This document shows positions 47,531-58,529 of a stretch of 64,000 nucleotides of DNA, piece after piece. The notes beneath the pieces were generated by a model, which was given only the letters and a program-made list of their open reading frames with translations, did no database searches and was not told the DNA's origin. Where the stretch lies: positions 1,344,001-1,408,000 of the forward strand of contig OY762940.1 in assembly GCA_963667255.1 (NCBI GenBank). Reading direction: 5' to 3'. Numbering within the stretch: position 1 is the stretch's first letter; each line of letters starts with the position of its first letter. The position numbers were made by a program, and so were the translations under genes. This DNA is from Candidatus Cloacimonadota bacterium (GTDB lineage Bacteria; Cloacimonadota; Cloacimonadia; G963667145).

Positions 47531-47749
47531 GGATACCAAACCCAAAGCGTGTTTCGTATGGGGTTAGTTGGCAACAAATCCATAAGTCGAGGCTCGTAAA
47601 AATAGAAAACGACTGATGTCAATTATTGTGCGATGCCTGTAGTCTCTTCCTTAATTGCTAATCGGACATTACAGGTTGAGCATACAATAATGACGAGGGA
47701 GTTGAATATTTTAGAGGCGAGGCTTCGGATTTTGAGTTTTTTCTTTGGC

Positions 47750-47790
47750 GTTACTCTTTCTTTTTTTATCACGAAAAAAAGAAAGGTAAC
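47750..47790. terminator. AT-rich hairpin after rluB
   Basis: GTTAC(T)CTTTCTTTTTTT...AAAAAAAGAAAGGTAAC. Confidence 0.5.
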
Positions 47791-47796
47791 ATAAAA

Positions 47797-48522
47797 TCAA
47801 TTAGACCTCTTCTCTCTCAAAGAAAAAATCTTCCTAATCTGCCTCTCATCCAAAAACTTCCACATCCCCATAGGCAAAGAACCGAGCTGCAAACCGCCAA
47901 TCTGCAATCTAGTCAGCTTCGTCACATTCAAACCGACACTGGAAATCATCCTACGAATTTGTCGCTTCCGACCTTCTTGGATGATTATTTTTAGGACACT
48001 ACCGCCATTAGTAGCCTTATTGATAAAAACCTTGGCAGGAAAAGTCTTGATGCCATCTATCTCCACACCAGCACGCAAAGTGCTCGCCATCTCATTGCTG
48101 AAATAACCGTCAACCTCAACCTTATAAACCTTCTCCAATTTATAACTGGGATGAATGACTTTGTTGGCAAAATCGCCGTCACTCGTGAGGAGCAAAAGTC
48201 CTTGAGACATAAAATCAAGTCGCCCCACAGCAAACAGATGAACACCGAAATCAGGCACCAAGTCGTAAACCAGTTTCCGCCCAAATTCATCGCTATGCGA
48301 CACCAAATATCCGGGAGGCTTATTAATCATCAGATAGATTTTCTCGTCTTTGTATTCGGCAACTTTCCCGTCAACTTCGACCTTATCTTCTTTCGGATCA
48401 ATCCGCCAATTGAACTCCTTGCAATCTTCGCCATTGACCTTCACCTTGCCGTCCAAAATCAACGACTCGACACTTCGTCTAGAGCCAAACCCGCAAAAAG
48501 CCAAAAATTTGTTTATTCTCAA
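47797..48522 (-). CDS. rluB: rRNA pseudouridine synthase, RsuA/RluB family
   Basis: S4 domain RINKFLA...SRR, NKPPG, VGRLD and EGRKRQIRRM. Confidence 0.85.
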   Translation of the reverse strand: MRINKFLAFCGFGSRRSVESLILDGKVKVNGEDCKEFNWRIDPKEDKVEVDGKVAEYKDEKIYLMINKPPGYLVSHSDEFGRKLVYDLVPDFGVHLFAVGRLDFMSQGLLLLTSDGDFANKVIHPSYKLEKVYKVEVDGYFSNEMASTLRAGVEIDGIKTFPAKVFINKATNGGSVLKIIIQEGRKRQIRRMISSVGLNVTKLTRLQIGGLQLGSLPMGMWKFLDERQIRKIFSLREKRSN

Positions 48523-48532
48523 GTGTTACCTA

Positions 48533-49075
48533 TTACCAAGACTCGAAAGTAGAGTTGTTAATCTCATCGAACAACTCTTTAAAAATCTTGGGCTTAATAA
48601 TCTGCTCATACTTATCGCGATTATTGTTTTGAGCTTTAGTGATAGTAACATCCACATTTATATCGGTCTTATCGCTAATAGCATAAGTGATATTGTAAGA
48701 TTTACTACTTACAGAATAAAGAGTCTTGTTCTTCACCAAGTCGTAAAAAGTGACCTTGAAACTCATCATAATGTGATAACTCTCTATATTATCGTCAGAA
48801 TCGTATTTGTAAACTTCGTCCGTATAAGTCAAAATTTCGCCTTTCAATATACAATCCGCATTTTTTGTCTGTGTCTTCAAATCACTGTTGGAATTGAATT
48901 GCGTAGAAAAGTAGGTCAGCAAATCCTCGTCCAGCCAATCTTCGTCCGTAGAGTTAGCAAAAGTCTGAACCGTAATCGTGTTAAGATGCGACAAACTCCG
49001 ACCACTGACACTGTATGCACAACCGAAAATCACAAAAGGCAAAAACAGAAATAAAATCTTTTTAATTTTTTTCAA
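48533..49075 (-). CDS. LptE-like lipoprotein
   Basis: Lipobox VIFGC-AYS, TITVQTFAN, ADCILKGEI and a C-terminal helix ending in W. Confidence 0.65.
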   Translation of the reverse strand: MKKIKKILFLFLPFVIFGCAYSVSGRSLSHLNTITVQTFANSTDEDWLDEDLLTYFSTQFNSNSDLKTQTKNADCILKGEILTYTDEVYKYDSDDNIESYHIMMSFKVTFYDLVKNKTLYSVSSKSYNITYAISDKTDINVDVTITKAQNNNRDKYEQIIKPKIFKELFDEINNSTFESW

Positions 49076-49096
49076 AATATCTCCAAAAACAACTCG

Positions 49097-50245
49097 CTAA
49101 AAAAAATCTTTTACTTTATCCAAAAAAGATTTCTTGGGGCTTAGCTCTCGCTTTTCATCAAATTTGGCAAGTTTTTCATACAGTTTTTTCTCATCCTTGT
49201 CCAATTTTGTCGGTATCTTCACGGACAATTTTACAAATAAATCTCCCTTGTAATCACGATTTACCACAGGCAAACCTTGCCCTTTGACCCGCAAAATCTT
49301 TCCCGTTTCAGTGCCCTCTTTGACATTCAATTTGAGCTTACCACCGTAGATGGAGTCTATCATCAAACTCCCACCCAAGACGGCTGTCGAAACATTGATA
49401 GGGAAATCAACATAAAGATTCTCCCCATCTCTAACGAACAAATCGTGCTCTTTCTCAGAAATAACGACAATCAAATCTCCGCTTTGTCCGCCATTGTGAC
49501 CAGCATTTCCTTGTCCGTCCAACCGCAAATATTGCCCCTCTTCGACACCAGCGGGGATTTTGACCAAAACAGTTTTTTGCTCATCCACTCTTCCTGTCCC
49601 TAAGCAATTGGGGCAAGGATTTTCGATTTTTTGACCAGTGCCACCACAACTCGGGCAATCAACTATGGTCTGCATTCTCCCGAAAATAGAGTTCTGCACT
49701 TGTCGCACCTGACCAGTGCCACCGCATTGTGAGCAAGTAGCTTTCTTGCCGTCTTTGGCACCACTGCCACCACATTTGGGACAAGCAACTTTGACTTTGA
49801 TTTTTATCTTCTTTTCGCACCCCTCGGCAATCTCTTTGAGTGTCAGGTGCACTCCAACTTTCAAATCTTCGCCTCTGTTGCTTCTGCGACCTGAGCGACG
49901 ACCTCCACCAAAAATATTCCCGAAAAACGAAGAAAATCCCTCAGAACCGAAAATATCCGAAAAATCTCCCGAATGCGAAAAGTCTGACCAACGAAATCCA
50001 CCTTGATGCCCAAAAGCTCCGTCCATTCCTGCATGACCAAACTGGTCATAACGAGACTTTTTGTCGTTATCCGACAACACCTCATACGCTTCCGAAGCCT
50101 CTTTGAATTTCTCTTCAGCCTCTTTGTCGCCCTGATTTTTATCGGGATGATACTTCATCGCCAATTTGCGATAAGCTTTCTTTATATCCGCAGCACTGGC
50201 ACTTTTATCAATGCCCAGCACCTCATAATAATCTCTCTTTGCCAT
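49097..50245 (-). CDS. dnaJ: Chaperone DnaJ
   Basis: J-domain HPD, G/F-rich region and four CxxCxGxG repeats. Confidence 0.97.
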   Translation of the reverse strand: MAKRDYYEVLGIDKSASAADIKKAYRKLAMKYHPDKNQGDKEAEEKFKEASEAYEVLSDNDKKSRYDQFGHAGMDGAFGHQGGFRWSDFSHSGDFSDIFGSEGFSSFFGNIFGGGRRSGRRSNRGEDLKVGVHLTLKEIAEGCEKKIKIKVKVACPKCGGSGAKDGKKATCSQCGGTGQVRQVQNSIFGRMQTIVDCPSCGGTGQKIENPCPNCLGTGRVDEQKTVLVKIPAGVEEGQYLRLDGQGNAGHNGGQSGDLIVVISEKEHDLFVRDGENLYVDFPINVSTAVLGGSLMIDSIYGGKLKLNVKEGTETGKILRVKGQGLPVVNRDYKGDLFVKLSVKIPTKLDKDEKKLYEKLAKFDEKRELSPKKSFLDKVKDFF

Positions 50246-50364
50246 AATCTATATTTGTCTCCAAAATTTTAATAATCTCTTTCGCTTCTTCAATTTTTAT
50301 TTGGCTCAATCTGTTTTCATTCATGTCACATTAAACCAAGTAAAAATTGACCTTTTGCCAAATC

Positions 50365-50394
50365 AGAAGGCGAAGAATAATTTCCTCGCCTTCT
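50365..50394. terminator. Hairpin between dnaK and dnaJ
   Basis: AGAAGGCGA...TCGCCTTCT stem. Confidence 0.55.
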
Positions 50395-50422
50395 TCACAA
50401 CACATTTTAAATAAATATCACA

Positions 50423-52363
50423 CTATTTTTTGTCGTCATCGTCAACGACTTCAAAATCAGCATCAACAGGACCGTTTTCAGATTTTGCATTGTTATCACC
50501 TGCACTTGCATTCTCAGCACCAGCACCAGCGTTTTCATTAGCTTGATTTTTTTGCATTTCCGCCTGCAAAATCTCGCCAATCTTTTGAGCTTTGGCAGCC
50601 AATTCATCACGAGCAGCAGTCACTTCTTCCTTGGACATTGCCTTATCTTTTTTCTCTTTAGCATCCTTAATAGCGTCCTCAATCTTTTTCTTCTCATCGT
50701 CCGCCAATTTGTCGCTATACTCTTTCAAAGATTTTTCCGTAGAGAAAATCAAAGTATCCAACTCGTTCTTCGCATCGATAAGCTCTTTGCGTTTGTCGTC
50801 ATCAGCTTTGTGAGCCTCAGCATCCTTGACCATCTTTTCTATCTCTTCTTCCGAAAGTGAACCCGGTCTCTCAATCTTAATCGATTGCTCTTTGCCAGTT
50901 CCCTTATCTTTGGCGGTAACATGCAAAATTCCGTTGGCATCAATGTCAAAAGTAACTTCGATTTGCGGAACACCTCTTGGTGCAGGTGGAATGCCCACAA
51001 GGTCAAAATTGCCAAGCACTCTATTGTCGGCAGCCATCGGTCTCTCGCCTTGCAACACCTTGATGTTCACGGCAGGTTGATTGTCAGCGGCAGTAGAGAA
51101 AACTTGCGATTTTTTGGTCGGAATAGTCGTGTTTCTCTCGATAAGAGCGGTCATCACACCACCAAGAGTCTCTATACCCAAAGTAAGCGGTGTAACATCC
51201 AAAAGCAAAACATCGTCTACGCTCTCGTCTCCACTGAGGATTCCGCCTTGGATACCAGCTCCCGTAGCTACAACTTCGTCAGGGTTGACAGACTTGTTGG
51301 CTTTTTTCCCAAAATATTTTTCCACAGCCTCTACCACAGCCGGAATACGAGTTGAGCCTCCTACCAAAAGAACCTCGTCAATATCGGAAGTCGATAATTT
51401 GGCATCACTCATAGCTTTGCGACACGGCTCTATGCTTTTGGCAATCAAATCCGCAACCATAGAATCAAACTCCGCTCTATTCAACGACAAATCCAAGTGC
51501 TTGGGACCGGTAGCATCAGCAGTGATGAACGGCAAATTAATAGAAGCAGTTGTTGTCCCAGAAAGTTCAATTTTCGCCTTCTCCGCTGCCTCTTTCAATC
51601 GTTGCATCACAGTCGGGTCGTTACCCAAATCTATACCTTCTTGCTCTTTGAATTTCTTCAAAATCCAAGCTATAATCTTTTGGTCAAAGTCGTCACCACC
51701 AAGGTGAGTATCGCCATTAGTTGACAAAACCTCAATCACTCCATCTGAAATATCCAAGATAGAGATATCAAAAGTTCCACCACCAAGGTCATAAACAGCG
51801 ACCTTTTCCTCTTTTTTGGAGTTCACCCCATAAGCCAAAGCGGCAGCCGTAGGCTCGTTGATAATCCTCTTCACATCCAAACCGGCAATCTTCCCGGCAT
51901 CTTTGGTAGCTTGTCTTTGAGCATCGTTAAAATAAGCTGGAACTGTAATCACAGCTTCGGTCACTTTTTGCCCCAAATAAGACTCGGCGGTCTCTTTCAT
52001 CTTGGTAAGCACCATAGCCGAAATCTCTTGCGGAGTGTAATCCTTATTTTCCACATCAATATGAAAAACCGCTTCGCTCTTGCCTTGCTTTACCTCATAC
52101 GGAACAGTCTTAATCTCTTCGGCAAGTTCGTTCAATTGCCTACCGATAAATCTTTTAGCAGAAAAAATCGTGTTCTTCGGATTGGTCACCGCTTGTCTTT
52201 TCGCCAAAAGTCCCACAAGCCTTTGATTATCCTTAGAAAATCCGACCACGGAAGGAGTAGTTCTGTTACCTTCCGAATTTGTAATAACAACAGGTTTACC
52301 ACCTTCCATCACGGTTACGCATGAGTTAGTGGTTCCCAAATCTATACCTATAATCTTTCCCAT
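50423..52363 (-). CDS. dnaK: Chaperone DnaK
   Basis: [17 protein letters not shown] and DLGGGTFD. Confidence 0.98.
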   Translation of the reverse strand: MGKIIGIDLGTTNSCVTVMEGGKPVVITNSEGNRTTPSVVGFSKDNQRLVGLLAKRQAVTNPKNTIFSAKRFIGRQLNELAEEIKTVPYEVKQGKSEAVFHIDVENKDYTPQEISAMVLTKMKETAESYLGQKVTEAVITVPAYFNDAQRQATKDAGKIAGLDVKRIINEPTAAALAYGVNSKKEEKVAVYDLGGGTFDISILDISDGVIEVLSTNGDTHLGGDDFDQKIIAWILKKFKEQEGIDLGNDPTVMQRLKEAAEKAKIELSGTTTASINLPFITADATGPKHLDLSLNRAEFDSMVADLIAKSIEPCRKAMSDAKLSTSDIDEVLLVGGSTRIPAVVEAVEKYFGKKANKSVNPDEVVATGAGIQGGILSGDESVDDVLLLDVTPLTLGIETLGGVMTALIERNTTIPTKKSQVFSTAADNQPAVNIKVLQGERPMAADNRVLGNFDLVGIPPAPRGVPQIEVTFDIDANGILHVTAKDKGTGKEQSIKIERPGSLSEEEIEKMVKDAEAHKADDDKRKELIDAKNELDTLIFSTEKSLKEYSDKLADDEKKKIEDAIKDAKEKKDKAMSKEEVTAARDELAAKAQKIGEILQAEMQKNQANENAGAGAENASAGDNNAKSENGPVDADFEVVDDDDKK

Positions 52364-52411
52364 AATATCTCTCCTTAAAACTTTTTAATTTTATTTATTA
52401 ATTTATTTTTG

Positions 52412-53563
52412 TTAATACGCAGCGTTCAATATATTTAGCACATCTTCTTGATTCAATTTCATAAATCCTCCTATGGAAGACCGCCCCAACATAGTTCTCT
52501 CAGCCATCAAAGACAAATCTTCTTTTTTAATTCCCACTTGAGCAAGTTTGGCTGGCATACCTATAGATGCAAAGAATTGACCGAGCATCAAAACAAATCG
52601 CAAAGCCAGATCTTTCCCTTCTAAACCAAACAACTCTTTGCCCAAAATCTCAAATTTTTTGACATCGGCACCTTTGGAAATGACATAATTCATCCAAGCT
52701 GGAAAAATAATGGCAAGTCCAACACCATGAGTAATGTCGGAAATAGCGGAAACTCCATGCTCAATCTGGTGACTCGCCCAGTCGGTAACCTTGCCCGCTG
52801 TCAACAATGTGTTCAAAGCCATTGTGGACGACCACATCAGATTTGCCCGAGCCTCATAATTGTCAGGTTTCATCAAGCCAACAGGTGCATATTTCATACA
52901 AGTTTTCAAGATTCCTATGGCAAATTGGTCAGCCACCATCGCATCCGAATTTGCGGAAAAATATTGCTCGAAAACATGTGCCATAATGTCCACCGTGCCG
53001 GCAGCAGTCTGATAAGCATCCACGGAATAAGTAAACTCGGGATTGAGAATAGCAAATTTCGGAAGATGAAGCCGGCTGTAGCTCGGGATTTTCTCCGCTG
53101 TTTCATCATTGGAAATTACCGAATTAATATTGCTTTCTGTGCCAGTAGCCGACAAAGTCAAAACACAGCCAAGAGGAATGGCATTTTCCACTTCCAAGCT
53201 GTCTTTTACCATTTGCCATGGGTCGCCGTCGTAATACACAGCTCTAGCGATACATTTACTGCAATCTATTACACTGCCACCGCCTACAGCCAAGATAAAG
53301 TCTAACCCTTTCTCTTTGATAATCTTAACACCATCTCGCACACTGCTAATCTTCGGATTTGGTGCTATCCCCGACAATTCCGCATAAACAGGACACTCTT
53401 TCCGCAAAACCTTAACAACCTCGTCATACAATCCCATTTTTTTTATACTACCAAATCCATAAGTCAATAGCACTTTCTTTCCTTTGACAAGACTTGCCAA
53501 ATTGTCCAAAGCCTTCTTGCCAAAGAAAATTTCCGTAGGAAGTTGAAATCTAAAATCTACCAC
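52412..53563 (-). CDS. Iron-containing alcohol dehydrogenase (BdhA/YqhD-like)
   Basis: AVGGGSVID, TLSATGTE, DIMAHVFEQY, WASHQIEH and THGVGLA. Confidence 0.9.
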   Translation of the reverse strand: MVDFRFQLPTEIFFGKKALDNLASLVKGKKVLLTYGFGSIKKMGLYDEVVKVLRKECPVYAELSGIAPNPKISSVRDGVKIIKEKGLDFILAVGGGSVIDCSKCIARAVYYDGDPWQMVKDSLEVENAIPLGCVLTLSATGTESNINSVISNDETAEKIPSYSRLHLPKFAILNPEFTYSVDAYQTAAGTVDIMAHVFEQYFSANSDAMVADQFAIGILKTCMKYAPVGLMKPDNYEARANLMWSSTMALNTLLTAGKVTDWASHQIEHGVSAISDITHGVGLAIIFPAWMNYVISKGADVKKFEILGKELFGLEGKDLALRFVLMLGQFFASIGMPAKLAQVGIKKEDLSLMAERTMLGRSSIGGFMKLNQEDVLNILNAAY

Positions 53564-54156
53564 TATCTCCTCCTTTTTTCAGGAGAACTCAGCTTTTGAG
53601 CCAAATGAGCAATATTTTCTCCCAAATTCTCCATATTCTTCATACCCTCGCCATCGCTTTCCACCTCTCCAATATTGTTGCCCATACCGAAATTCCAGTA
53701 GGTCGAGCCAACCGTAAACATCTGCTGAATTGCAAAAAAGTGGTTCATCATATCCACGGCAGGCAACGCTCCAGCTCTCCTCATAGCGACAATGGAAGCA
53801 CCAATTTTGTGCTTGAGAAGAAATCCATTAGCCCTGCAAACCAAAGCTGCTCTATCCAAAAAAGCCTTCATCTGTGCGGTAATGCCGGCTACATACACCG
53901 GAGAACCGAGAATTATCACATCAGCCTCTGCCATTTTTTCTATCAAACCGTTAATCTTATCATCAGCTATCACACATTTTCTATCTTTATTTTCGGCACA
54001 TTTTCTACATCCAAGACAAACCCTAACCGCACCATTACCAAGCCAAATCTTCTCACAATCAAACCCGCTTTTTTGCAGTGGTTGCAACACCCTATCCAAT
54101 AAAATACTGGTGTTACCATTCTCTCTCGAACTTCCGTTTATTGCCAAAACTTTCAT
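53563..54156 (-). CDS. Iron-sulfur flavoprotein (Isf/flavodoxin-like)
   Basis: INGSSRENGNT, CLGCRKC...KC and GSPVY. Confidence 0.85.
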   Translation of the reverse strand: MKVLAINGSSRENGNTSILLDRVLQPLQKSGFDCEKIWLGNGAVRVCLGCRKCAENKDRKCVIADDKINGLIEKMAEADVIILGSPVYVAGITAQMKAFLDRAALVCRANGFLLKHKIGASIVAMRRAGALPAVDMMNHFFAIQQMFTVGSTYWNFGMGNNIGEVESDGEGMKNMENLGENIAHLAQKLSSPEKRRR

Positions 54157-54171
54157 CTTCTCTCCAAAACT

Positions 54172-54804
54172 TTACACTTCTTCTTTCTCTTCTTTTGGTG
54201 CTCCACTGGAGACCAAAACTCTTGCCGGTCTGATGACTTTGTCGTTCATCATATAGCCATTTTGCACAACAGCAGCAATCTTGTTTTCCTCAAAATCAGC
54301 GGACGGCATATGCGATAGAGCTTCGTGAAATTCAGGATTGAAATCTTTTCCCAAACAATCAATCTTGCAAACATCCTCTTTCTTCAAGACATTGCCAAGT
54401 TGGGAAAAAATCATATCCATCCCTTTTTTGAAATCGTCAAATTGATGTTCCTTCACTCCGGACTCGATGGCTCTCTCAAAATTGTCCAAAACCTCACACA
54501 CTTCCAAAACAATTCTCTCCGTCGCCATCTTTATCCATCTTTCTCTTTCTTGGATATTTCTTCGTCTAAAATTCTCAAATTCTGCCAAATTTCTCGCCAA
54601 CTTATCTTTGAGTTTCAAAATTTCCAAATGACTTTCCGCCAATTTCTCTTTGTCAGACAGCTTCTTCACTTTCTTCTTTTCAGTCGTTTTTTCTTGAGAA
54701 TCGTCAGCCTCTTTTTCATTGGAAATTTCCTCATTTAGCTCAGAATCGACAACTTTTTCCGTTTCATCAATCTTATTTTTATCTTTATTTTCTTTATTGC
54801 TCAT
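54172..54804 (-). CDS. grpE: Nucleotide exchange factor GrpE
   Basis: AEFENFRRR, VLDNFERA, FNPEFHEA and GY...VIRPARV. Confidence 0.95.
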   Translation of the reverse strand: MSNKENKDKNKIDETEKVVDSELNEEISNEKEADDSQEKTTEKKKVKKLSDKEKLAESHLEILKLKDKLARNLAEFENFRRRNIQERERWIKMATERIVLEVCEVLDNFERAIESGVKEHQFDDFKKGMDMIFSQLGNVLKKEDVCKIDCLGKDFNPEFHEALSHMPSADFEENKIAAVVQNGYMMNDKVIRPARVLVSSGAPKEEKEEV

Positions 54805-54834
54805 TTGCCAAAATCTCCCTAAAACAATATCATT

Positions 54835-54861
54835 TTAGCAGTCACATTTAGTGAGTGCCAA
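54835..54861. promoter_or_regulatory. CIRCE element (HrcA operator)
   Basis: TTAGCAGTC-N9-GAGTGCCAA versus the consensus TTAGCACTC-N9-GAGTGCTAA, 30 bp upstream of grpE. Confidence 0.9.
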
Positions 54862-54892
54862 TTACAAGGTCATTTTTTTACCATTAATAAAG

Positions 54893-54919
54893 TTGTCAAA
54901 CTATTTCTTTGAGTGCTAA
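54893..54919 (-). promoter_or_regulatory. Second, degenerate CIRCE overlapping a -35 TTGACA
   Basis: Minus strand reads TTAGCACTC-N9-GTTTGACAA. Confidence 0.6.
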
Positions 54920-54929
54920 ATTCCCATAT

Positions 54930-54958
54930 AAAAAGCCTCCCAAAAAGTTTAGGAGGCT
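54930..54958 (-). terminator. Intrinsic terminator after nifJ
   Basis: AGCCTCC...GGAGGCT stem with a T-tract on the minus strand. Confidence 0.75.
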
Positions 54959-54976
54959 CTCTATCGTTGTATAAAT

Positions 54977-57900
54977 CTAGTCGGCTAACTTCTTGTAATG
55001 GTCGTAACGAGCATTCACAAAATCTTGTGCCGCTTTCCAATACTTCTCTGCCTTTTCTTTGTTCATAGCCATCAGAGATGTGTAGCGTTTCTCGTTTTGC
55101 AAGAACTCTTTGACATCTTTTACAGGAGGTTTGCTCTCCAATATGAAAGGATTTTTTCCTTCGGCTGTCAACGCAGGATTGTATCTGTAAAGAGGCCAAT
55201 AACCGGTATCAACTGCCAATTTTTCCTCGGCTTGAGCGTTGCTCATATCGATACCGTGATTGATACAAGGGGAGTAAACGAACAAAATGGATGGTCCGTC
55301 ATAAGCCTCTGCCTCACGCATAGCCTTAATCAACTGATTGCGGTCGGCACCCATAGCACATGAAGCCACATATACATATCCGTAACTCATCATCATTTGA
55401 CCCAAGTCTTTCTTGTTCAGAGGTTTACCTGCTTCTGCAAATTTGGCAATAGCACCTATCGGAGTAGCTTTGGAAGCTTGTCCGCCTGTATTGGAATACA
55501 CCTCGGTGTCCATCACCAAAATATTGATGTTTTTGCCTGTGGCAAGTGCATGGTCCAATCCACCAAAGCCAATGTCATAAGCCCAACCATCTCCACCAAA
55601 AGCCCAAACAGATTTGTCAACAAAGTAATGTTGCAACTCAATAACACGAGACAGACTATCGCTCTTGCTCTCGGAAGGCAAAAGTTCTCTAATCTTAGCA
55701 GCTCTGCTCATAGCATCTTCGTCTTTTGCATCAAAATTAGCCAACGCATCTTTCAGCAATTTAGCAAGTTCACTCGTGCTATCCTCTTGCAAATACGCCT
55801 CAATATTAAATTTCAAATTGGCTCTGTTGGAGTTGACAGCCAATCTAAAACCAAGCCCGTATTCTGCATTATCCTCAAATAGAGAGTTCGCCCAAGCAGG
55901 ACCGTATCCGTCTTTATTCTTGCAATAAGGAATAGACGGGAAAGTTCCGCCCCAAATGGAAGAACAACCGGTAGCATTGGCGATAAGCATTCTGTTGCCG
56001 AAAAGTTGAGTAAGCAATTTCACATACGGAGTCTCGCCACAGCCAGCACAAGCACCAGAGAACTCCAAAAGTGGTTGCTTGAATTGCGAACCTTTGATAG
56101 TGGTAGGAGCGATAACATCTCCGCAAACATCTTCTGGCTTGCTTTGGAAATATTTCAAGTTCTCTCGTTGCACCAACTCTTCTTCGACAGGCTTGAACAC
56201 CAAAGCACCTTTGGGACAAGAGTTAATACAAGCTCCACACTCAAGGCAATCGTCCACAAACACTTGCATTCTGTATTCGTATTTATCGCCATCTTTGCCC
56301 ATAGCAGTGATTGTCGTAAATTCAGCAGGTTTATCAGCCAAACTGTCTTTGGCAATCAACTTGGGACGAATAGCTGCGTGAGGACAAACCAAAGAGCAAG
56401 CGTTACATTGGATACAATTTTCGGCTATCCAACTCGGAACTTGTGCGGCAACACCTCGTTTTTCCATAGCGGCAGTGCCGGAATACATACATCCGTCCAA
56501 AGGCATTTTTGAAACTGGAATCTCATCGCCCTTTTCGTGCATAATCGGTTCGATTACACTCTTGGTAAAGTCATCAGCATCAGCAGGAACCAACCTCTTA
56601 GGCTCAACCCATACACTGGCACTGGCAGGAACATCTATCTGTGTCAACGCCTTGCTTGCCTCGTCCACAGCTTTCCAGTTCATATCCACGACTGCCTGAC
56701 CTTTTTTCTTGAGATAGGTTTTCTTGATAGCCTCTTTTATCAGAGTAATCGCTTCCTCTCTCGGCAAAATCTCGGAAATCGCAAAGAACGCCGCTTGCAT
56801 CACGGTGTTAATCCTACCACCCAAACCGCACTCTCTGGCAATTTTCAACGCATTTACATTATAAAATCTGATTTTCTTCTTTATAATCGTTTCTTGCATA
56901 TCCTTGGTCAATTTGGAAAAAACTTCCTCTTGGCTGAATTGAGAGTTAAGGAGGAAAATTCCACCCTCTTTTATTCCTTCCAAAAGGTCGTATCTGCCTA
57001 TGTAAGCAGGATTATGACAAGCGATAAAATCGGCATTAACAATAAGATACTCCGCCAAAATAGGAGTTTTCCCAAATCTCAAATGACTTCTGGTAACGCC
57101 ACCGGATTTTTTGGAATCGTATTGGAAATAACCTTGAGCATACATATCGGTGTTGTCACCAATAATTTTGATGGAGTTTTTGTTAGCACCAACAGTTCCG
57201 TCTGCTCCAAGTCCCCAAAATTTACAACTAACAGTTCCTTTGGTAAGAGTATTGATATGCTTCTCCACCTTGATGGAAGTCCCGCTCAAATCGTCATCAA
57301 TACCAACAGTAAAGCCGTGTTTCAAACCGTTACCGGCTTTGTCAAAAATAGCGTTAACCATAGAAGGTGTGAACTCTTTGGAAGACAGTCCGTAGCGACC
57401 GCCAACAACCTTGATGTCAGAGCCAACAAGAGCAGCAACAACATCCATATAGAGAGGCTCGCCTATTGACCCCGGCTCTTTCGTTCTATCCAAAGCAACT
57501 ATTTCTTTTACCGTAGATGGCAAAGCATCTTTGAAATGTTTGATGGAGAAAGGACGATACAAACGGATTTTCACGAGTCCGACTTTTTCTCCCTTATCAA
57601 CCAAATAGTTAACGGTCTCTTCCACTGTAGCAGCACCGGAGCCCATACAAATTATTACCTTGGTAGCATCGGGAGCACCTACATAATCAAAAAGTTTATA
57701 GCTTCTTCCTGACAATTTGGCAACTTTATCCATATATTCCAAAACAATTTCCGGCAATTTAGCGTAATAATTGTTAACAGTCTCTCTTCCTTGGAAATAT
57801 ACATCAGGATTTTGTGCAGCAACCTTCACCATCGGCTTTTGAGGGTTTAAAGCCAAACTTCTAAACTCTTTCACATATTTCATCTCCAAGAGACCCTTGA

Positions 57901-58468
57901 TTTCATCGTAATCAAAAACATCTAACTTGGATATTTCGTGAGAGTTGCGGAAACCATCAAAGAAATTGAGGAAAGGAACTCTTCCCTTGAGCGTAGCCAA
58001 GTGCGAAACAACTGCCAAATCCATAATTTCCTGACAGTTAGATGCAGCCATCAGAGCAAATCCTGTATTCCTTGCCGACATTACATCGGAATGGTCTCCG
58101 AAGATAGACAAAGACTGACATGCTAAAGAACGAGCAGAAACATGAAAAACCGTGGGAAGCATCTCGCCGGCAATTTTATGCATATTCGGCAACATCAAAA
58201 GTAGACCTTGTGAGGCGGTAAAAGTAGTGGTAAAAGCTCCAGCAGAAAGTGCCCCATGCACAGCTCCTGCAGCACCGGCTTCCGATTGCATCTCAGTTAC
58301 ATTTAAAATTTGTCCAAAAACATTTTTTCTCCCTTGAGAAGCCCACAAATCCGCATATTGACCCATATCTGATGACGGTGTAATGGGATAAATCGCAGCC
58401 ACATCAGAAAAAGCATAAGCGACATGAGCCGCTGCCATATTTCCATCCATCGTTAATTTTTTCGACAT
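54977..58468 (-). CDS. nifJ: Pyruvate:ferredoxin (flavodoxin) oxidoreductase
   Basis: YPITPS, two 4Fe-4S CxxCxxCxxxCP motifs, EFSGACAGCGE and GGDGWAYDIG...YSNTGGQ. Confidence 0.97.
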   Translation of the reverse strand: MSKKLTMDGNMAAAHVAYAFSDVAAIYPITPSSDMGQYADLWASQGRKNVFGQILNVTEMQSEAGAAGAVHGALSAGAFTTTFTASQGLLLMLPNMHKIAGEMLPTVFHVSARSLACQSLSIFGDHSDVMSARNTGFALMAASNCQEIMDLAVVSHLATLKGRVPFLNFFDGFRNSHEISKLDVFDYDEIKGLLEMKYVKEFRSLALNPQKPMVKVAAQNPDVYFQGRETVNNYYAKLPEIVLEYMDKVAKLSGRSYKLFDYVGAPDATKVIICMGSGAATVEETVNYLVDKGEKVGLVKIRLYRPFSIKHFKDALPSTVKEIVALDRTKEPGSIGEPLYMDVVAALVGSDIKVVGGRYGLSSKEFTPSMVNAIFDKAGNGLKHGFTVGIDDDLSGTSIKVEKHINTLTKGTVSCKFWGLGADGTVGANKNSIKIIGDNTDMYAQGYFQYDSKKSGGVTRSHLRFGKTPILAEYLIVNADFIACHNPAYIGRYDLLEGIKEGGIFLLNSQFSQEEVFSKLTKDMQETIIKKKIRFYNVNALKIARECGLGGRINTVMQAAFFAISEILPREEAITLIKEAIKKTYLKKKGQAVVDMNWKAVDEASKALTQIDVPASASVWVEPKRLVPADADDFTKSVIEPIMHEKGDEIPVSKMPLDGCMYSGTAAMEKRGVAAQVPSWIAENCIQCNACSLVCPHAAIRPKLIAKDSLADKPAEFTTITAMGKDGDKYEYRMQVFVDDCLECGACINSCPKGALVFKPVEEELVQRENLKYFQSKPEDVCGDVIAPTTIKGSQFKQPLLEFSGACAGCGETPYVKLLTQLFGNRMLIANATGCSSIWGGTFPSIPYCKNKDGYGPAWANSLFEDNAEYGLGFRLAVNSNRANLKFNIEAYLQEDSTSELAKLLKDALANFDAKDEDAMSRAAKIRELLPSESKSDSLSRVIELQHYFVDKSVWAFGGDGWAYDIGFGGLDHALATGKNINILVMDTEVYSNTGGQASKATPIGAIAKFAEAGKPLNKKDLGQMMMSYGYVYVASCAMGADRNQLIKAMREAEAYDGPSILFVYSPCINHGIDMSNAQAEEKLAVDTGYWPLYRYNPALTAEGKNPFILESKPPVKDVKEFLQNEKRYTSLMAMNKEKAEKYWKAAQDFVNARYDHYKKLAD

Positions 58469-58529
58469 TATTGTCCTCCTATATTAAAATTCTTCTATAC
58501 ATAAAGCTCAAAATTTAGCCTTGATATTT

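Noticed and set aside
46938..47622. Short ORFs in the 46.9-47.8 kb gap
   Set aside because: No motifs or good RBS spacing, and several overlap repeat-like DNA; probably spurious.
41400..47790. DGR template repeat or reverse transcriptase near the candidate VR
   Set aside because: By eye, no AAC-rich copy of the VR in the intergenic regions and no RT-motif ORF; no clear GC-rich hairpin after the VR either.
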